A stretch of 64,000 nucleotides of DNA, taken from positions 33,740-97,739 of the forward strand of contig JAFZSF010000024.1 of the NCBI GenBank assembly GCA_017619495.1. The letters are read 5' to 3'. The notes beneath the pieces were generated by a model that was given only the letters and a program-made list of their open reading frames with translations, did not search any database and had not been told where the DNA came from. Below are positions 1 to 9,858 of the stretch, piece after piece. A program made the position numbers and the translations under genes. The stretch is from Clostridia bacterium. GTDB taxonomy: Bacteria > Bacillota > Clostridia > Christensenellales > UBA1242. The first letter of the stretch is position 1; the number at the start of each line of letters is the position of its first letter.

Positions 1-221
1 TATCCCAAATCAAAAGTCAAATAAACTTGTTTCTGGTTAGTGTCACCAACATACATACCATCATACTGGTTCAATAATTGCGCGCCGAGTGTACTCACCG
101 ACGGCGTCGTTCCGTCTTTGTGGTAAGATAACCCCCAACTCACAATGTCACTACTGGCGCCCGTGACTGTGGTTACAAAGGCTGTGCCCAAACACACCGC
201 CATCAATAATAACTTGCGCAT
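1..221 (-). CDS. polysaccharide deacetylase (PdaA-like), N-terminal fragment; gene continues past the left edge
   Basis: Own translation of the minus strand from the ATG at 221: MRKLLLMAVCLGTAFVTTVTGASS (signal peptide) ..WGLSYHKDG..QKQVYLTFDLG. This is an N-terminus plus the first NodB motif (TFD) of cortex de-N-acetylases. Absent from the ORF track because there is no stop inside the window. Confidence 0.5.
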   Translation of the reverse strand, partial: MRKLLLMAVCLGTAFVTTVTGASSDIVSWGLSYHKDGTTPSVSTLGAQLLNQYDGMYVGDTNQKQVYLTFDLG

Positions 222-333
222 AGCATTAGTTTCTTACATTTTTTGGCAATTATACCCCGCAATTTGGCATTAAAAACCCGTATTTGCGCTACTTAAAAAG
301 TTTGACAATATATAATATATATATACTTAAAAT

Positions 334-876
334 GTGGCAAAACAATTACTTACAGATAAATTCACTTTAAATGTCCGCATTGAAGATGAAAGTCAGGTCT
401 TTTCTAACTACACCTTTAACGAAGACAATTTGAATTTTGAACTAGGTGATTTCTTGCAAGAAAAAGCCGAACACGAATTTCCATTACCCTCAAAAGAAAA
501 CTACACAATCAATATTCATACCACTAACCCGAACCTGCGTTTAACCGAAGTAACGCGTTGCATTCACCATCATTTTCATAATCGTTACGACGCGGAAAAG
601 CGTAAACTGCGTGACAACTTCCGTTTTGCGTTGTTAATGTTTGCGGTTGCTGCCGTCGCGTTAGTAATGTACTTCATAGCGGACACTTATGTGGGCAACT
701 TCTTTTTTACCGAAATCATGGATTTAATCACATGGGTCTTTGGTTGGGGCGCGGTCGAAGTCAGCGTACTTGAACGCCACAGTATCCGCCGCCGTTGCAT
801 TATTCTCAGACGCTTAGCCTTTGCTGAAATTAAAATTACTCCGAACACCAAACTTGATACCCCAGTCTATATTTAA
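334..876 (+). CDS. hypothetical membrane protein
   Basis: 180-aa ORF with a GTG start; no family recognised. Hydrophobic stretches FALLMFAVAAVALVMYFI and ITWVFGWGAVEV. Confidence 0.45.
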   Translation: MAKQLLTDKFTLNVRIEDESQVFSNYTFNEDNLNFELGDFLQEKAEHEFPLPSKENYTINIHTTNPNLRLTEVTRCIHHHFHNRYDAEKRKLRDNFRFALLMFAVAAVALVMYFIADTYVGNFFFTEIMDLITWVFGWGAVEVSVLERHSIRRRCIILRRLAFAEIKITPNTKLDTPVYI

Positions 877-983
877 TTCAAATTAACCACGCAAAAATAC
901 CAACTCATTTAAGCTAAGGCAGAAAAAAATTTTTGCTAATTTACATATTGAAAATGTGCGAAGGAAATCAACCTAAAAACAAG

Positions 984-1008
984 AAAAGCCAGTTCGTAAC
1001 TGGCTTTT
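984..1008. terminator. bidirectional rho-independent terminator
   Basis: AAAAGCCAGT-tcgta-ACTGGCTTTT, a perfect 10-bp stem with an A-run on one side and a T-run on the other. Lies between the plus-strand ORF and the minus-strand tRNA/smpB unit. Confidence 0.65.
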
Positions 1009-1020
1009 ACTTATGAAAGT

Positions 1021-1096
1021 TGGTGGAAGTTATAGGGCTCGAACCTATGACCTACTGCTTGTAGGGCAGTTGCTCTCCCAACTGAGCTAAACTTCC
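1021..1096 (-). tRNA. tRNA-Val (anticodon UAC), encoded CCA, unusual C at position 33
   Basis: Reverse complement GGAAGTT-TA-GCTC-AGTTGGGA-GAGC-A-ACTGC-CCTACAA-GCAGT-AGGTC-ATAGG-TTCGAGC-CCTAT-AACTTCC-A-CCA folds as a full cloverleaf. Overall very similar to Bacillus tRNA-Val(UAC). Confidence 0.85.
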
Positions 1097-1151
1097 ATGG
1101 GAATAAAGTCATTCTACCGCATAACATTCATCTCGTCAAGACATTTGACCT

Positions 1152-1607
1152 TTATTTACGCGCCGCAATCGTGCGGGCGGCTTCCCGTGCTAAATCGCGT
1201 TCTTTAATCGTCTGCTTTTTATCAATTACATTTTTACCAGTTGCAACCGCAATGTTGATTTTCAATAATCCACCATTCGTCCAATAAATTTTTAACGGCA
1301 CACAGGTGTTCCCTTTTACCATACACGCTTTGGCAATCTTGACAATTTCCGCCTTGTGTAATAACAATTGACGGTTACGACGGGTATCTTGTTCCGCAAC
1401 TACTCCATTTTGATATGGCGCAAAATAGGCATTCTTCAACCAAATTTTTCCACTTGCTAATTCCAAATGAATAAAACTTTCAGTTATCGTTACATTACCC
1501 GCCCGCGCAGATTTGACCTCCCACCCTTGCAAGGCAAGACCGGCTTCAAAAGTATCGTGCAAAAAATAATTAAAACGGGCTTGCCGATTTTCCGCAATTA
1601 CCTTCAT
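1152..1607 (-). CDS. smpB: SsrA-binding protein SmpB
   Basis: 151 aa; N-terminus MKVIAENRQARFNYFL..EAGLALQGWEVKS is typical of SmpB. Confidence 0.95.
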   Translation of the reverse strand: MKVIAENRQARFNYFLHDTFEAGLALQGWEVKSARAGNVTITESFIHLELASGKIWLKNAYFAPYQNGVVAEQDTRRNRQLLLHKAEIVKIAKACMVKGNTCVPLKIYWTNGGLLKINIAVATGKNVIDKKQTIKERDLAREAARTIAARK

Positions 1608-2620
1608 AATTGATAGATACCCATTGCGTGTTTAACATTCGCCAAAACCCTATCAGTAACTTCGCGTGCACGTTGCGTACCTGCCCTTAAATAACCTCGC
1701 ACTTCGTCCATGTGTTGTTCGTAGTATGCCCGGCGTTCGCGCATCGGCGCCAAAATACCATTCAAACATTCAAACAATATTTTTTTCAAGACCACATCAC
1801 CCAAGCCACCTTGACGGTACTGTGTTTTTAATTCCGCCAAATGTTTTTTATCATCGTAAAAAGCATCTAAATACATAAAGACGACATTGCCTTCAACCTT
1901 GCCTGGGTCACTGACTTTAATGTGATTGGGGTCAGTATACATCGAATTAATTTTACGGCGCAGTTCGTCAGCACTATCTTTAAGATAAATGCAGTTGCCC
2001 AAACTCTTACTCATTTTACCAGCACCATCAATGCCCACTAAACGCCCACGCGCTTGTTCGGGAATCAAAGCTTCTGGCATAACCAAAGTTTCCCCATATA
2101 AACGGTTAAAGGTTGCCACGATTTCGCGGGTTTGTTCCAACATTGGGGCTTGGTCAGCGCCGACTGGCACCAATGACGCGCCAAACGCAGTAATATCGGC
2201 CGCTTGCGAAATTGGATAATTCACAAAACCAACGGGGACTTCGCGACGATAGCCTTTGGTTTTAATTTCATTTTTAACGGTGGGATTGCGTTCCAAACGA
2301 GCTTGGGTCACCAAGTTGGCATAAAACATTGGTAACTCGTACAAAGCTGGAATTGCACTTTGCAACACAAAATGAATTTTGTGCGGATCCAAACCGACCG
2401 CCAGATAATCCAACATTAATTGTTCGACCGAATTTGTCACCTTCTGCACATCTTGCGCATGGTCGGTCAAAGCCTGCAAGTCCGCAATCATAACGAACAT
2501 TTCAAATTCACCGGTAGATTGTAAGCGCACACGGTTTTGCAAACTGCCAGCATAATGTCCGATGTGCAAATTACCACTTGGTCGGTCCGCTGTTAAAATC
2601 ACTTGCTTTTCAGTTTTCAT
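1604..2620 (-). CDS. trpS: tryptophan--tRNA ligase
   Basis: 338 aa; class I motifs GNLHIGHY (HIGH) and KMSKS; ATGA overlap with smpB. Confidence 0.95.
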   Translation of the reverse strand: MKTEKQVILTADRPSGNLHIGHYAGSLQNRVRLQSTGEFEMFVMIADLQALTDHAQDVQKVTNSVEQLMLDYLAVGLDPHKIHFVLQSAIPALYELPMFYANLVTQARLERNPTVKNEIKTKGYRREVPVGFVNYPISQAADITAFGASLVPVGADQAPMLEQTREIVATFNRLYGETLVMPEALIPEQARGRLVGIDGAGKMSKSLGNCIYLKDSADELRRKINSMYTDPNHIKVSDPGKVEGNVVFMYLDAFYDDKKHLAELKTQYRQGGLGDVVLKKILFECLNGILAPMRERRAYYEQHMDEVRGYLRAGTQRAREVTDRVLANVKHAMGIYQL

Positions 2621-2626
2621 CTAAGC

Positions 2627-2655
2627 ATTGTAACACACCATACCGAACTTGTAAA
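2627..2655 (-). promoter_or_regulatory. sigA-type promoter of trpS-smpB (predicts a leaderless mRNA)
   Basis: Minus strand TTTACA-17 nt-(TGt)TACAAT, then only 6 nt (gcttag) to the trpS ATG at 2620. No SD. Confidence 0.5.
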
Positions 2656-2671
2656 AAATTTTCCTGACTAA

Positions 2672-2696
2672 AAAAGCCCGACATCATCGGGCTTTT
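2672..2696 (-). terminator. rho-independent terminator after the YugP-like gene
   Basis: AAAAGCCCGA-catca-TCGGGCTTTT; followed by a T-run on the minus strand. Confidence 0.7.
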
Positions 2697-2716
2697 GCAT
2701 CTCAGTTTGGTATAAT

Positions 2717-3511
2717 TTAATTATCACGCGTAAAAGCTTTGGCATCTTGTTGGTCGGCGACAAAATTTAAGACACGCATAATCATTTCCAAGCACGCCAT
2801 CACAATATCATTCACATATTGAATATTGTAAATGTGGAATAATTCTTGCATCATAGCAGTTTCTTCCGCGGTGACCATGTTTTCATCAACTAACATTTGC
2901 AGTGCTCTGCGTTGTGCCTTAACTTCGGTTTTTAAAACTTTAATCGCCAAAACGAAAGAAATCGCGTAAAGGCTTAACCCCACTAACGCCGCAATAATTG
3001 TCGCCACGCCAGTAAAGCTGAACAGAATATAGTCAATCAACGCACCAATGATAATCAATGGCAAAAACGCGATTGGTCCGAAATACATTAACGGAGTTAA
3101 ACGCACGCGCGTGCGCATATCAGGGTCATCTTCTTGATCCAAGACTGCCAAAGCCGTTTTTTCCGCCGCCATGGCTAACGCAGTGATACTCTTTTTCTTT
3201 TGGGTTAAACGACGCAAGCGGACTTTGTTGAAATAATGGGAATAGCTGTTACCAAAAATAAACGAACCCCAAGTCGAAACTGCAATGTGTTGTAAACCGT
3301 TTTGGTCCAATAATTTACGGGCTGCATCACGACCATTGATGTTTGCGCTGTTGGTTGTACGATTAAATTTGATATATTTATACATTAACCAAAGCGACAC
3401 ACCGACCGAAACCACACCCACAGCAATGATCAAAATACCCACAATAAAAATTGCCCATTGCAAAGCCGGATTGACATTTTGAAAGTATTCATATTCATCT
3501 AATAAAGGCAT
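2717..3511 (-). CDS. YugP-like membrane protein (putative Zn-metallopeptidase family, PF04298-like) lacking the HExxH motif
   Basis: 264 aa; GRDAARKLLDQNGL and the membrane topology resemble YugP. The expected HExxH position reads AAEKTALAV. Strong SD GGGAGG 7 nt upstream. Confidence 0.6.
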   Translation of the reverse strand: MPLLDEYEYFQNVNPALQWAIFIVGILIIAVGVVSVGVSLWLMYKYIKFNRTTNSANINGRDAARKLLDQNGLQHIAVSTWGSFIFGNSYSHYFNKVRLRRLTQKKKSITALAMAAEKTALAVLDQEDDPDMRTRVRLTPLMYFGPIAFLPLIIIGALIDYILFSFTGVATIIAALVGLSLYAISFVLAIKVLKTEVKAQRRALQMLVDENMVTAEETAMMQELFHIYNIQYVNDIVMACLEMIMRVLNFVADQQDAKAFTRDN

Positions 3512-3558
3512 AATATTCCTCCCGCATTTTAATTAATCTAATCTAACTTGCTCATAAA

Positions 3559-4095
3559 TTATTTAGTATAGACGCGGACAAAATATTCGCGCGCATGTAA
3601 ACAAACTGGGCAGACTTTTGGTGCCTCTTTACCCACAAAGGTATAACCGCAATTACTGCACTGCCATGTCACAGCTACTTCGCCGGCAAACATAGTGTTA
3701 TTTTGCAATTGCGCAGCTAAATCGCGGAAACGCATTTCATGGTTTTTCTCAATTTGTCCAACGCCACGGAATTTAGCCGCAATTTCCTTGAAACCTTCGG
3801 CTTCCGCTTCCTTAGCAAACTTTTCGTACATATCCGTCCATTCAAAATTCTCGCCAGCCGCCGCCGTCAACAAATTATCAACTGTGGTATCAATCGTATG
3901 TAAATATTTGTACCACATTTCGGCATGTTCTTTTTCATTACCAGCGGTTTCTTCAAAGATTTTAGCGATGGTCGGGTAACCTTCCTTCTTCGCCTTAGAA
4001 GCGAAAAAAGTATATTTATTACGCGCCCCGCTTTCGCCTGCAAACGCAGTTTCCAAATTTTTCGCGGTTTTGGTTCCGGCCAATTTTTTATCCAT
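3559..4095 (-). CDS. rubrerythrin
   Basis: Ferritin-like N-domain ([20 protein letters not shown], ExxH) plus a C-terminal rubredoxin CSNCGY..CPVC. Start set at MDKKLAG (ATG 4095), which overlaps the upstream stop. Confidence 0.9.
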   Translation of the reverse strand: MDKKLAGTKTAKNLETAFAGESGARNKYTFFASKAKKEGYPTIAKIFEETAGNEKEHAEMWYKYLHTIDTTVDNLLTAAAGENFEWTDMYEKFAKEAEAEGFKEIAAKFRGVGQIEKNHEMRFRDLAAQLQNNTMFAGEVAVTWQCSNCGYTFVGKEAPKVCPVCLHAREYFVRVYTK

Positions 4096-6109
4096 TTGAA
4101 TTTCCATATTTTATGGTAACAGAATTGACACTATTTGACAAATTTTTTCGCGTATTAAACTGATAAGACTGACCGGCACAAACAAACGCAATGGTAAATT
4201 CACCCATGATATTAATGCACGGGGTTAAATAAATTTTTCCCGCCCGCACCCGCAGTCCAACCAACTGAGTTAACAAATACTGCCAAACATCGCAAGTAAG
4301 TTGATGACGATCGCTTAGTGCAGTTAATAACAATTTACGGTCTTGGTTTTGATACGCCGCTTTTACGGCAGCCAATATACCCACATCCTCGCCATCAATT
4401 ACCGTTTTAGTAAAGATAGTGTCCAGTTTTTTATCGTCAGTATGGATTTCAATGTCACTCACCGCGGTCGCCAAATCCTTTTTAGTCAGTCGCATTTTGG
4501 CGGGGCTTTCACGGCGTGTAATGGTAAACTGACGCGTTTCATAGCCCGCTAATTTAATTTTTAACGGCACATTAAGGTGGGTAGTTAACCACTCACCCGT
4601 AAGATGAATTGACGCAGGTAACACATAGTTACTAACGCGTCCAGAACTTAACCCCACCACTGTCAAGACACTACCGTGTGCGCTAACTACTGACCAATGG
4701 TTAAAAACTAACGGGACTACCAAATCGCGGTTCATCTTTTGTGGCAAAGTATTGGTTACAGTTAAAGTTTTAACATATGGCCAATTGCGGGTGACCGATA
4801 ACCCCGTTGGTGTTGGTGCTGGTGCGACATAATGTCCACCGTCCGCCATCTTAGTTAAAATATATAAGGCATCGGGATCTGTAATTGTACGGTCGATTAA
4901 ATACAACCATAGTTGATCTTGGTGGCAGGTATTAATGGCTTCGTTTGTGGCTTCCTTCATAATGCCTTCGACCATACCATCTGTCGCCCCAGAATACAAG
5001 AACACTAAACTAAACCCATGGAACAGGCGCGCGATCTTTCGAAAATCGGCTAACGCCGACCATATCTGCTGAAACTCGTCCACATCATGCACCATAATAA
5101 CACGGGTCAAACCATCAAGCGACGGCACTAACTTTAAGGCTGCCACATAGCGCGCCCGTAAGCGTTCGCCCGTCACATACTTGGCTTGACATGCCGCAGT
5201 AACCAATTTTTCTAAGCGCAAATTAGTAGCAATTTCCGCTTGGGTTAATGTGCGTGGTTGTCCGCCGTCTAAACTAATTTTGGCTTCACCTTGCCAGGTA
5301 ATGTAAACCTCCAAAGCGTCGGTCTTGCTACATAAGCTGGTTGCCAAACGCACTTGTTCACCACGCACTGCATAGGTATGAACTTCGCCACTGGGCAAAT
5401 GTCGACAAGTCACCACGCCCCGATTAATTTGACAATCAAAATCATTTTTATCAGCGGCAATTTTAAGGGTTACAGTATGTGACATAGGCGTTGATAAAGT
5501 ATAAGCGTGGGCGTAACGCTTGACTACAATTTCATCATGAAAATATTTAATACAACTACCTTGTACCTGCATCTGCCACGGTTTAGTCGAGACAATTCCT
5601 GCCTGCCACGGGTCAAGATAACTATCAGCAAAGATTTTATACATGGGAGTGGTATGTAGTTGATATTTTCTACGCGACCAAACCACAGGTTGGCGTTTGA
5701 CAATTTTACGCGTTGGTGCCAATAAAAATAGTAAATTACGCTGTAACTGGCGTTGCACAACTTCATCGTTCAATTTTTGCATCAGAACATAACACGCATA
5801 ACCATAAAACAACCTTTCGTACGGATCCGTGCTGGGTTGATGTTTAGGGGTATGCAGCAACGCACCCAACTGTTCCCGATAAGCTACGGCGACACCGTTC
5901 ACGGTCGGTAGTACTAAACACATACGGTTAAAGATTTTAATTTCACGGCGTAGTTTTTCGTGTGCAATATGTTGCAATGGTAATTGCACAATGCGTGACC
6001 GTATCTTACCGCTTTGCCGCGTTTCAATCAACCAATAGCGGTTCCGATGTGTCCACCACCAAGTAGCACTAATGATTAACAACAAAATAATACACCAGAC
6101 AAATAACAC
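4088..6109 (-). CDS. hypothetical membrane-anchored protein, 673 aa
   Basis: Long uninterrupted ORF with an N-terminal TM ([17 protein letters not shown]). No confident family. The C-terminal end [28 protein letters not shown] weakly recalls the terminal strand pattern of GH94/GH65-type phosphorylases. Confidence 0.55.
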   Translation of the reverse strand: MLFVWCIILLLIISATWWWTHRNRYWLIETRQSGKIRSRIVQLPLQHIAHEKLRREIKIFNRMCLVLPTVNGVAVAYREQLGALLHTPKHQPSTDPYERLFYGYACYVLMQKLNDEVVQRQLQRNLLFLLAPTRKIVKRQPVVWSRRKYQLHTTPMYKIFADSYLDPWQAGIVSTKPWQMQVQGSCIKYFHDEIVVKRYAHAYTLSTPMSHTVTLKIAADKNDFDCQINRGVVTCRHLPSGEVHTYAVRGEQVRLATSLCSKTDALEVYITWQGEAKISLDGGQPRTLTQAEIATNLRLEKLVTAACQAKYVTGERLRARYVAALKLVPSLDGLTRVIMVHDVDEFQQIWSALADFRKIARLFHGFSLVFLYSGATDGMVEGIMKEATNEAINTCHQDQLWLYLIDRTITDPDALYILTKMADGGHYVAPAPTPTGLSVTRNWPYVKTLTVTNTLPQKMNRDLVVPLVFNHWSVVSAHGSVLTVVGLSSGRVSNYVLPASIHLTGEWLTTHLNVPLKIKLAGYETRQFTITRRESPAKMRLTKKDLATAVSDIEIHTDDKKLDTIFTKTVIDGEDVGILAAVKAAYQNQDRKLLLTALSDRHQLTCDVWQYLLTQLVGLRVRAGKIYLTPCINIMGEFTIAFVCAGQSYQFNTRKNLSNSVNSVTIKYGNSNG

Positions 6110-6139
6110 GGGTTAATTATTGCCAAAAAACGCCAAACA

Positions 6140-6160
6140 AAAAGGGGCTTTCCAACCCCT
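6140..6160 (-). terminator. possible weak terminator after spoIIIAH
   Basis: Minus strand AGGGG-ttggaaag-CCCCTTTTTGTTT. Confidence 0.4.
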
Positions 6161-6186
6161 GATTGATTGTTGCGATTAATTGGTCA

Positions 6187-6756
6187 CTACATCATCGAAA
6201 TGTAAAGCATGTCGCCGTTTTCTGGTTCCAAGCGTTCTTTGTTCATAGCGGTTGCCAATATCTTCATAATTTTTTGTAAATTTTCGTTGGAGATTTCACT
6301 TTCAGCTGATTTCACAATAACATTTAATTTGTTACCGTTACGACTAACAATCACATCTTCGTAGCCACATTGTGCGCTAATTAAGTTTTCCGTATTATTT
6401 TCGTAAGCAATAGTTTCAGCTAAATTAGTCAACGCGGTTTGTGCTTCGGCACGGGCTTCTTCGCTAGCCGCTTGGTTAGCTACAATTTCCTGCAATAACA
6501 TTTGTTGTGCGGTACGCGAATCAGCGCGGTTTTCTTTCAAAGTTACGAACATGTTAGTTTCAGTTTTGCTGCCCGCATTAATTGAAACGGCTTTTTGATT
6601 TAAGCTAAAATTTAAATAGCCCGTCACAACTAATAAGGCTAGTAATCCCGTCATTAAAGCAATCTTGCGTACTTTTTTGTTAAAAATGGCTCCGAAAAAG
6701 TTTTTCACGCTACCTAAACGATGTTGTTTTTTTGGTTGTTGTGCTACTACTTCCAC
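6187..6756 (-). CDS. spoIIIAH: stage III sporulation protein AH
   Basis: Last gene of the spoIIIA cluster; 189 aa; N-terminal TM then a YscJ/FliF-like region. SD GGGGGAG upstream of a GTG start. Confidence 0.8.
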   Translation of the reverse strand: MEVVAQQPKKQHRLGSVKNFFGAIFNKKVRKIALMTGLLALLVVTGYLNFSLNQKAVSINAGSKTETNMFVTLKENRADSRTAQQMLLQEIVANQAASEEARAEAQTALTNLAETIAYENNTENLISAQCGYEDVIVSRNGNKLNVIVKSAESEISNENLQKIMKILATAMNKERLEPENGDMLYISMM

Positions 6757-6826
6757 AATTTTCTCCCCCTTGCTAATATTATATTGAAGACTATTTTTGA
6801 ATATAACCGTATTTTTTTGTCAAAAA

Positions 6827-7357
6827 TTAAATCCCTGATAAAATTTGGATAGGAACATTTTTATCACCTAAAACAGTTTCTACGGCGTGCAACAAATTCA
6901 AACGCACCCCCACATTACTGGCACCAGTCGCAACCACCACAATGCCAATAATCCGCGGTGGATTGGTCCATAAGATGACCGGACTGCCATTTTTAGTGAC
7001 GACATTTTTATCCACCGTAGTTGTCTTTACCGCTTGGTCATTGGCGCCGGTTTGGGTAATGGTTTTTTCTTGTAAATCGTAAGCCAACTCTGCACTACCT
7101 TCACCGTCCGTCATTACCATAACCGCCACATGACCCGCGCCAGCAATACAACTTAATACATTTTGTAATTTATTTTCCAATTGACTGGCATAACTGTTAT
7201 CCGTATTGGTAACGGTCGCAACTGGTTCGGTCTGGTGATTGGTACGCCCACCATGTAAACTAGAAAAATAAATCAGCAGCATAATCACCACCACAATCAC
7301 CGCTGCATAAATTTCCCAATGTTTAATTTGTTGCAACTTTTCCCACAATTTTTTCAT
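6827..7357 (-). CDS. spoIIIAG: stage III sporulation protein AG
   Basis: 176 aa; single N-terminal TM; position between AF and AH. Confidence 0.8.
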   Translation of the reverse strand: MKKLWEKLQQIKHWEIYAAVIVVVIMLLIYFSSLHGGRTNHQTEPVATVTNTDNSYASQLENKLQNVLSCIAGAGHVAVMVMTDGEGSAELAYDLQEKTITQTGANDQAVKTTTVDKNVVTKNGSPVILWTNPPRIIGIVVVATGASNVGVRLNLLHAVETVLGDKNVPIQILSGI

Positions 7358-7743
7358 ATTATTATTACCTCCTCACCCAAAGTCTTTTGTAAATCATTTA
7401 GCGTTGCTTCATCAATCTTCACCCCCAGGTTCACATAAATCACATCATCATTGACAGTCACAATGGCTTGGTCATAACCATTAACGCGTAATACCTGTGC
7501 CACTTGCGCTTGTCGGCTGGTTCGTGTTAAGTTATTCAACATTTCTGCATCTATCAGACTATCAGCGCGGTCTGACCACCAATTGGCTTTAAATAATTTA
7601 GGTAACGGGTTAACAATGACCAACAGGACAATAAAGCCATAAATCGAGCGAATGAAGTTTCCCATACGGCGATTTTGAGTCAACAGTTCCACGACCACAC
7701 CTACTACGACAACACCTAAAATACTTCCTAACCAAGCTGCCAT
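7354..7743 (-). CDS. spoIIIAF: stage III sporulation protein AF
   Basis: 129 aa; two N-terminal TM helices; operon position. Confidence 0.75.
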   Translation of the reverse strand: MAAWLGSILGVVVVGVVVELLTQNRRMGNFIRSIYGFIVLLVIVNPLPKLFKANWWSDRADSLIDAEMLNNLTRTSRQAQVAQVLRVNGYDQAIVTVNDDVIYVNLGVKIDEATLNDLQKTLGEEVIII

Positions 7744-7744
7744 G

Positions 7745-8800
7745 TTATATTACATTCCCCGTCATAATCAATAATGCCAAAATTACTAAATACATGAACA
7801 CAACGCCAAGCAGGCAAGCTACCAACATACCAAAAGATTTATTAATCGTAGTTAAAAAATTACTGATTCGCGCGTCGCCAATCGGTTGTGTAATTGCTGC
7901 CACTAACTTTAAGGCTAACGAAAAGACAATGATTTTGACTACTGGGGCTAAAATAATTCCCAACAACAAAAGGATTCCCGCTAGTCCAATGGCGTTCTTA
8001 ATTAAAACCGCACTTGCCATGATTAAATCAAAACCTTGTGACATATAACTTCCCACAATCGGCACATAACCCGACATCGTCATTTTAGTTGCCCGAATAG
8101 AAACACTGTCAAAACTACCGGCGGTAATGCCTTGAATCGCCAAGAACGATAAGAACACCGTAAAACACACTCCCACAATCCATTTGAATAAGGAATTAAA
8201 AAACGCGACAAATTTATCCAAACGCGTACTGGGTGCCAAATGTGCCACCACCGAAAACGCCAAACTAACCATAAACAATGGCATCACAAGGTAAGTAAAA
8301 ATTTGCATCATAACAGTAGACAACACAGCGACGGCCGGCTGGTACAAATTAGCACTGGTCGAAGCGCCACCCGCCACCATCATGGTTAAAATAATCGGAA
8401 AGACTAAATCGACTTGTGTTTTCAGACTGGATAAAGTGTGTCCCACCATCTGCACAAGAGCATTAACATTGCCCACCACAATTAAAACCACTGATGCGTA
8501 AGCTACAAAGAAAACTAAATTACTCACACCACCATTTTTAGCAGTCCCCATAAAACCACAAAGAATAGTGATTGCGACCACCAAGACTACCATGGGCAAA
8601 ACCGCCAGCACGACACTGCCCAACAAACCCCAAATACCACTTAACACATCGGGATATTGCTTAAAGTATTCACCCGATAAAATTTGTCCCAGTACCGACC
8701 AAAAATCCTTACCACCAAAAACACTTAACTGGCTTAAATCACCAAAATCAATCTGTGATAGCGTATCGTTGACAGCTTGTGATAATTCCGCACTATCCAT
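7745..8800 (-). CDS. spoIIIAE: stage III sporulation protein AE
   Basis: 351-aa polytopic membrane protein; operon position. Confidence 0.85.
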   Translation of the reverse strand: MDSAELSQAVNDTLSQIDFGDLSQLSVFGGKDFWSVLGQILSGEYFKQYPDVLSGIWGLLGSVVLAVLPMVVLVVAITILCGFMGTAKNGGVSNLVFFVAYASVVLIVVGNVNALVQMVGHTLSSLKTQVDLVFPIILTMMVAGGASTSANLYQPAVAVLSTVMMQIFTYLVMPLFMVSLAFSVVAHLAPSTRLDKFVAFFNSLFKWIVGVCFTVFLSFLAIQGITAGSFDSVSIRATKMTMSGYVPIVGSYMSQGFDLIMASAVLIKNAIGLAGILLLLGIILAPVVKIIVFSLALKLVAAITQPIGDARISNFLTTINKSFGMLVACLLGVVFMYLVILALLIMTGNVI

Positions 8801-9197
8801 TCGGCAACACTCCTAAGACGACATCGACCAAGGCTTGAATAATTGGGATTGCCAATACCATGATAATTACCTTACCACCTAAAATGACCATATCCGCGAC
8901 CGCTTTAGCACCTGCCTCTTGACAAATACTAGCAGCAATTTCGCACAAGTAGCCAATGCCGACAATTTTTAAAATACTGGCAAATAATTCCGTCGCCAAT
9001 CCCGTCTGTGCCACAATGCCGTTAATGCTGCCGATGATTTTTGTCAATCCATTAACAACCATTAAAAAAATTAAAATGGTACCGACCAAGCCGACAATTA
9101 TTGCCAGTTCAGGTTTGACCTGTCGTAACAACAACACGCCCAACGCACTGGCAACCGCAATCACAATCAATTTGGTTAGGTCCAAAGCCCACCTCAA
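8793..9197 (-). CDS. spoIIIAD: stage III sporulation protein AD
   Basis: 134-aa membrane protein; operon position. Confidence 0.85.
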   Translation of the reverse strand: MRWALDLTKLIVIAVASALGVLLLRQVKPELAIIVGLVGTILIFLMVVNGLTKIIGSINGIVAQTGLATELFASILKIVGIGYLCEIAASICQEAGAKAVADMVILGGKVIIMVLAIPIIQALVDVVLGVLPNG

Positions 9198-9391
9198 TAC
9201 AGTGCAAACAAGGAACGAATTGAGTTAAATAAATCGCTAATCATCGACAAGACCATGACCAAGCATAAAATCACAGAAGCCAGCGATACGAAAGTAGCAA
9301 TTTCTTCGCGGCCCGCCTGTTTCAAAATCGTACAGACTACCGCCGCTAAAATACCGATCGCCGCAATTTTGAAAATAATTTCTATATCCAT
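9194..9391 (-). CDS. spoIIIAC: stage III sporulation protein AC
   Basis: 65 aa; two TM helices; operon position. Confidence 0.85.
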   Translation of the reverse strand: MDIEIIFKIAAIGILAAVVCTILKQAGREEIATFVSLASVILCLVMVLSMISDLFNSIRSLFALY

Positions 9392-9858
9392 AAAATTCCT
9401 CCCGCGATACCAATAATTATTAAAAGTTTCAGCATAATAGACGCTTTACTGTGTAAATCATGTTTAGCTTGTTCCGCTTGGGCAACCAGTATCGCCCGCA
9501 CTGCCACGATTTTATCCTGTTCGATATCCCGTCGGGTACGCCCTAATTGATACAAAAATTCTGCCAAAGTCGAATTCGCAGTTAATACACTACAACCCTC
9601 CCGCGTTAAATCTTGTTTATGTTGCAAAAGTTGTAAATAATTATTTAAGACCACGCGACAACCACCACGACATACCGGCAGATACGCGGCTACCGCTTGT
9701 GGTAGTGGTTGTAGCGCAAAACCAATTGCTTGGTGTAAATGGTCGCAAAAACCTACCCAATTTACATAGTCACGCACCTTGCGCCATTGTTGACGGTATA
9801 TACTAATTCCTACTAAAACACACGCGACAAACCAACCGCCGGCCAACCACCAGTTCAC
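9382..9858 (-). CDS. spoIIIAB: stage III sporulation protein AB
   Basis: 158 aa; TM helices at both termini; operon position. Confidence 0.8.
   Translation of the reverse strand: MNWWLAGGWFVACVLVGISIYRQQWRKVRDYVNWVGFCDHLHQAIGFALQPLPQAVAAYLPVCRGGCRVVLNNYLQLLQHKQDLTREGCSVLTANSTLAEFLYQLGRTRRDIEQDKIVAVRAILVAQAEQAKHDLHSKASIMLKLLIIIGIAGGILWI

Noticed and set aside
307-326. AT dinucleotide microsatellite (atatataatatatatata) next to TTGACA upstream of ORF 334..876
   Set aside because: It is short and imperfect. It gives only poorly spaced -10 candidates (14-15 nt from the -35). I cannot support either a promoter call or phase variation.
1021-1096. tmRNA (ssrA) suspected because the RNA gene lies immediately downstream of smpB
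   Set aside because: The sequence folds as a complete 76-nt cloverleaf with D and anticodon arms and a GGAAGTT acceptor stem. It has no G-U at the third acceptor pair and no ~350-nt body with a tag ORF, so it is a tRNA-Val and not tmRNA.
2621-2716. T-box leaders upstream of trpS (also asnS 17829..17904 and valS)
   Set aside because: The intergenic spaces are far too short. At trpS, 96 nt already hold a terminator and a promoter that abuts the ATG. At asnS, the promoter sits 7 nt from the ATG. No specifier or T-box sequence was seen.
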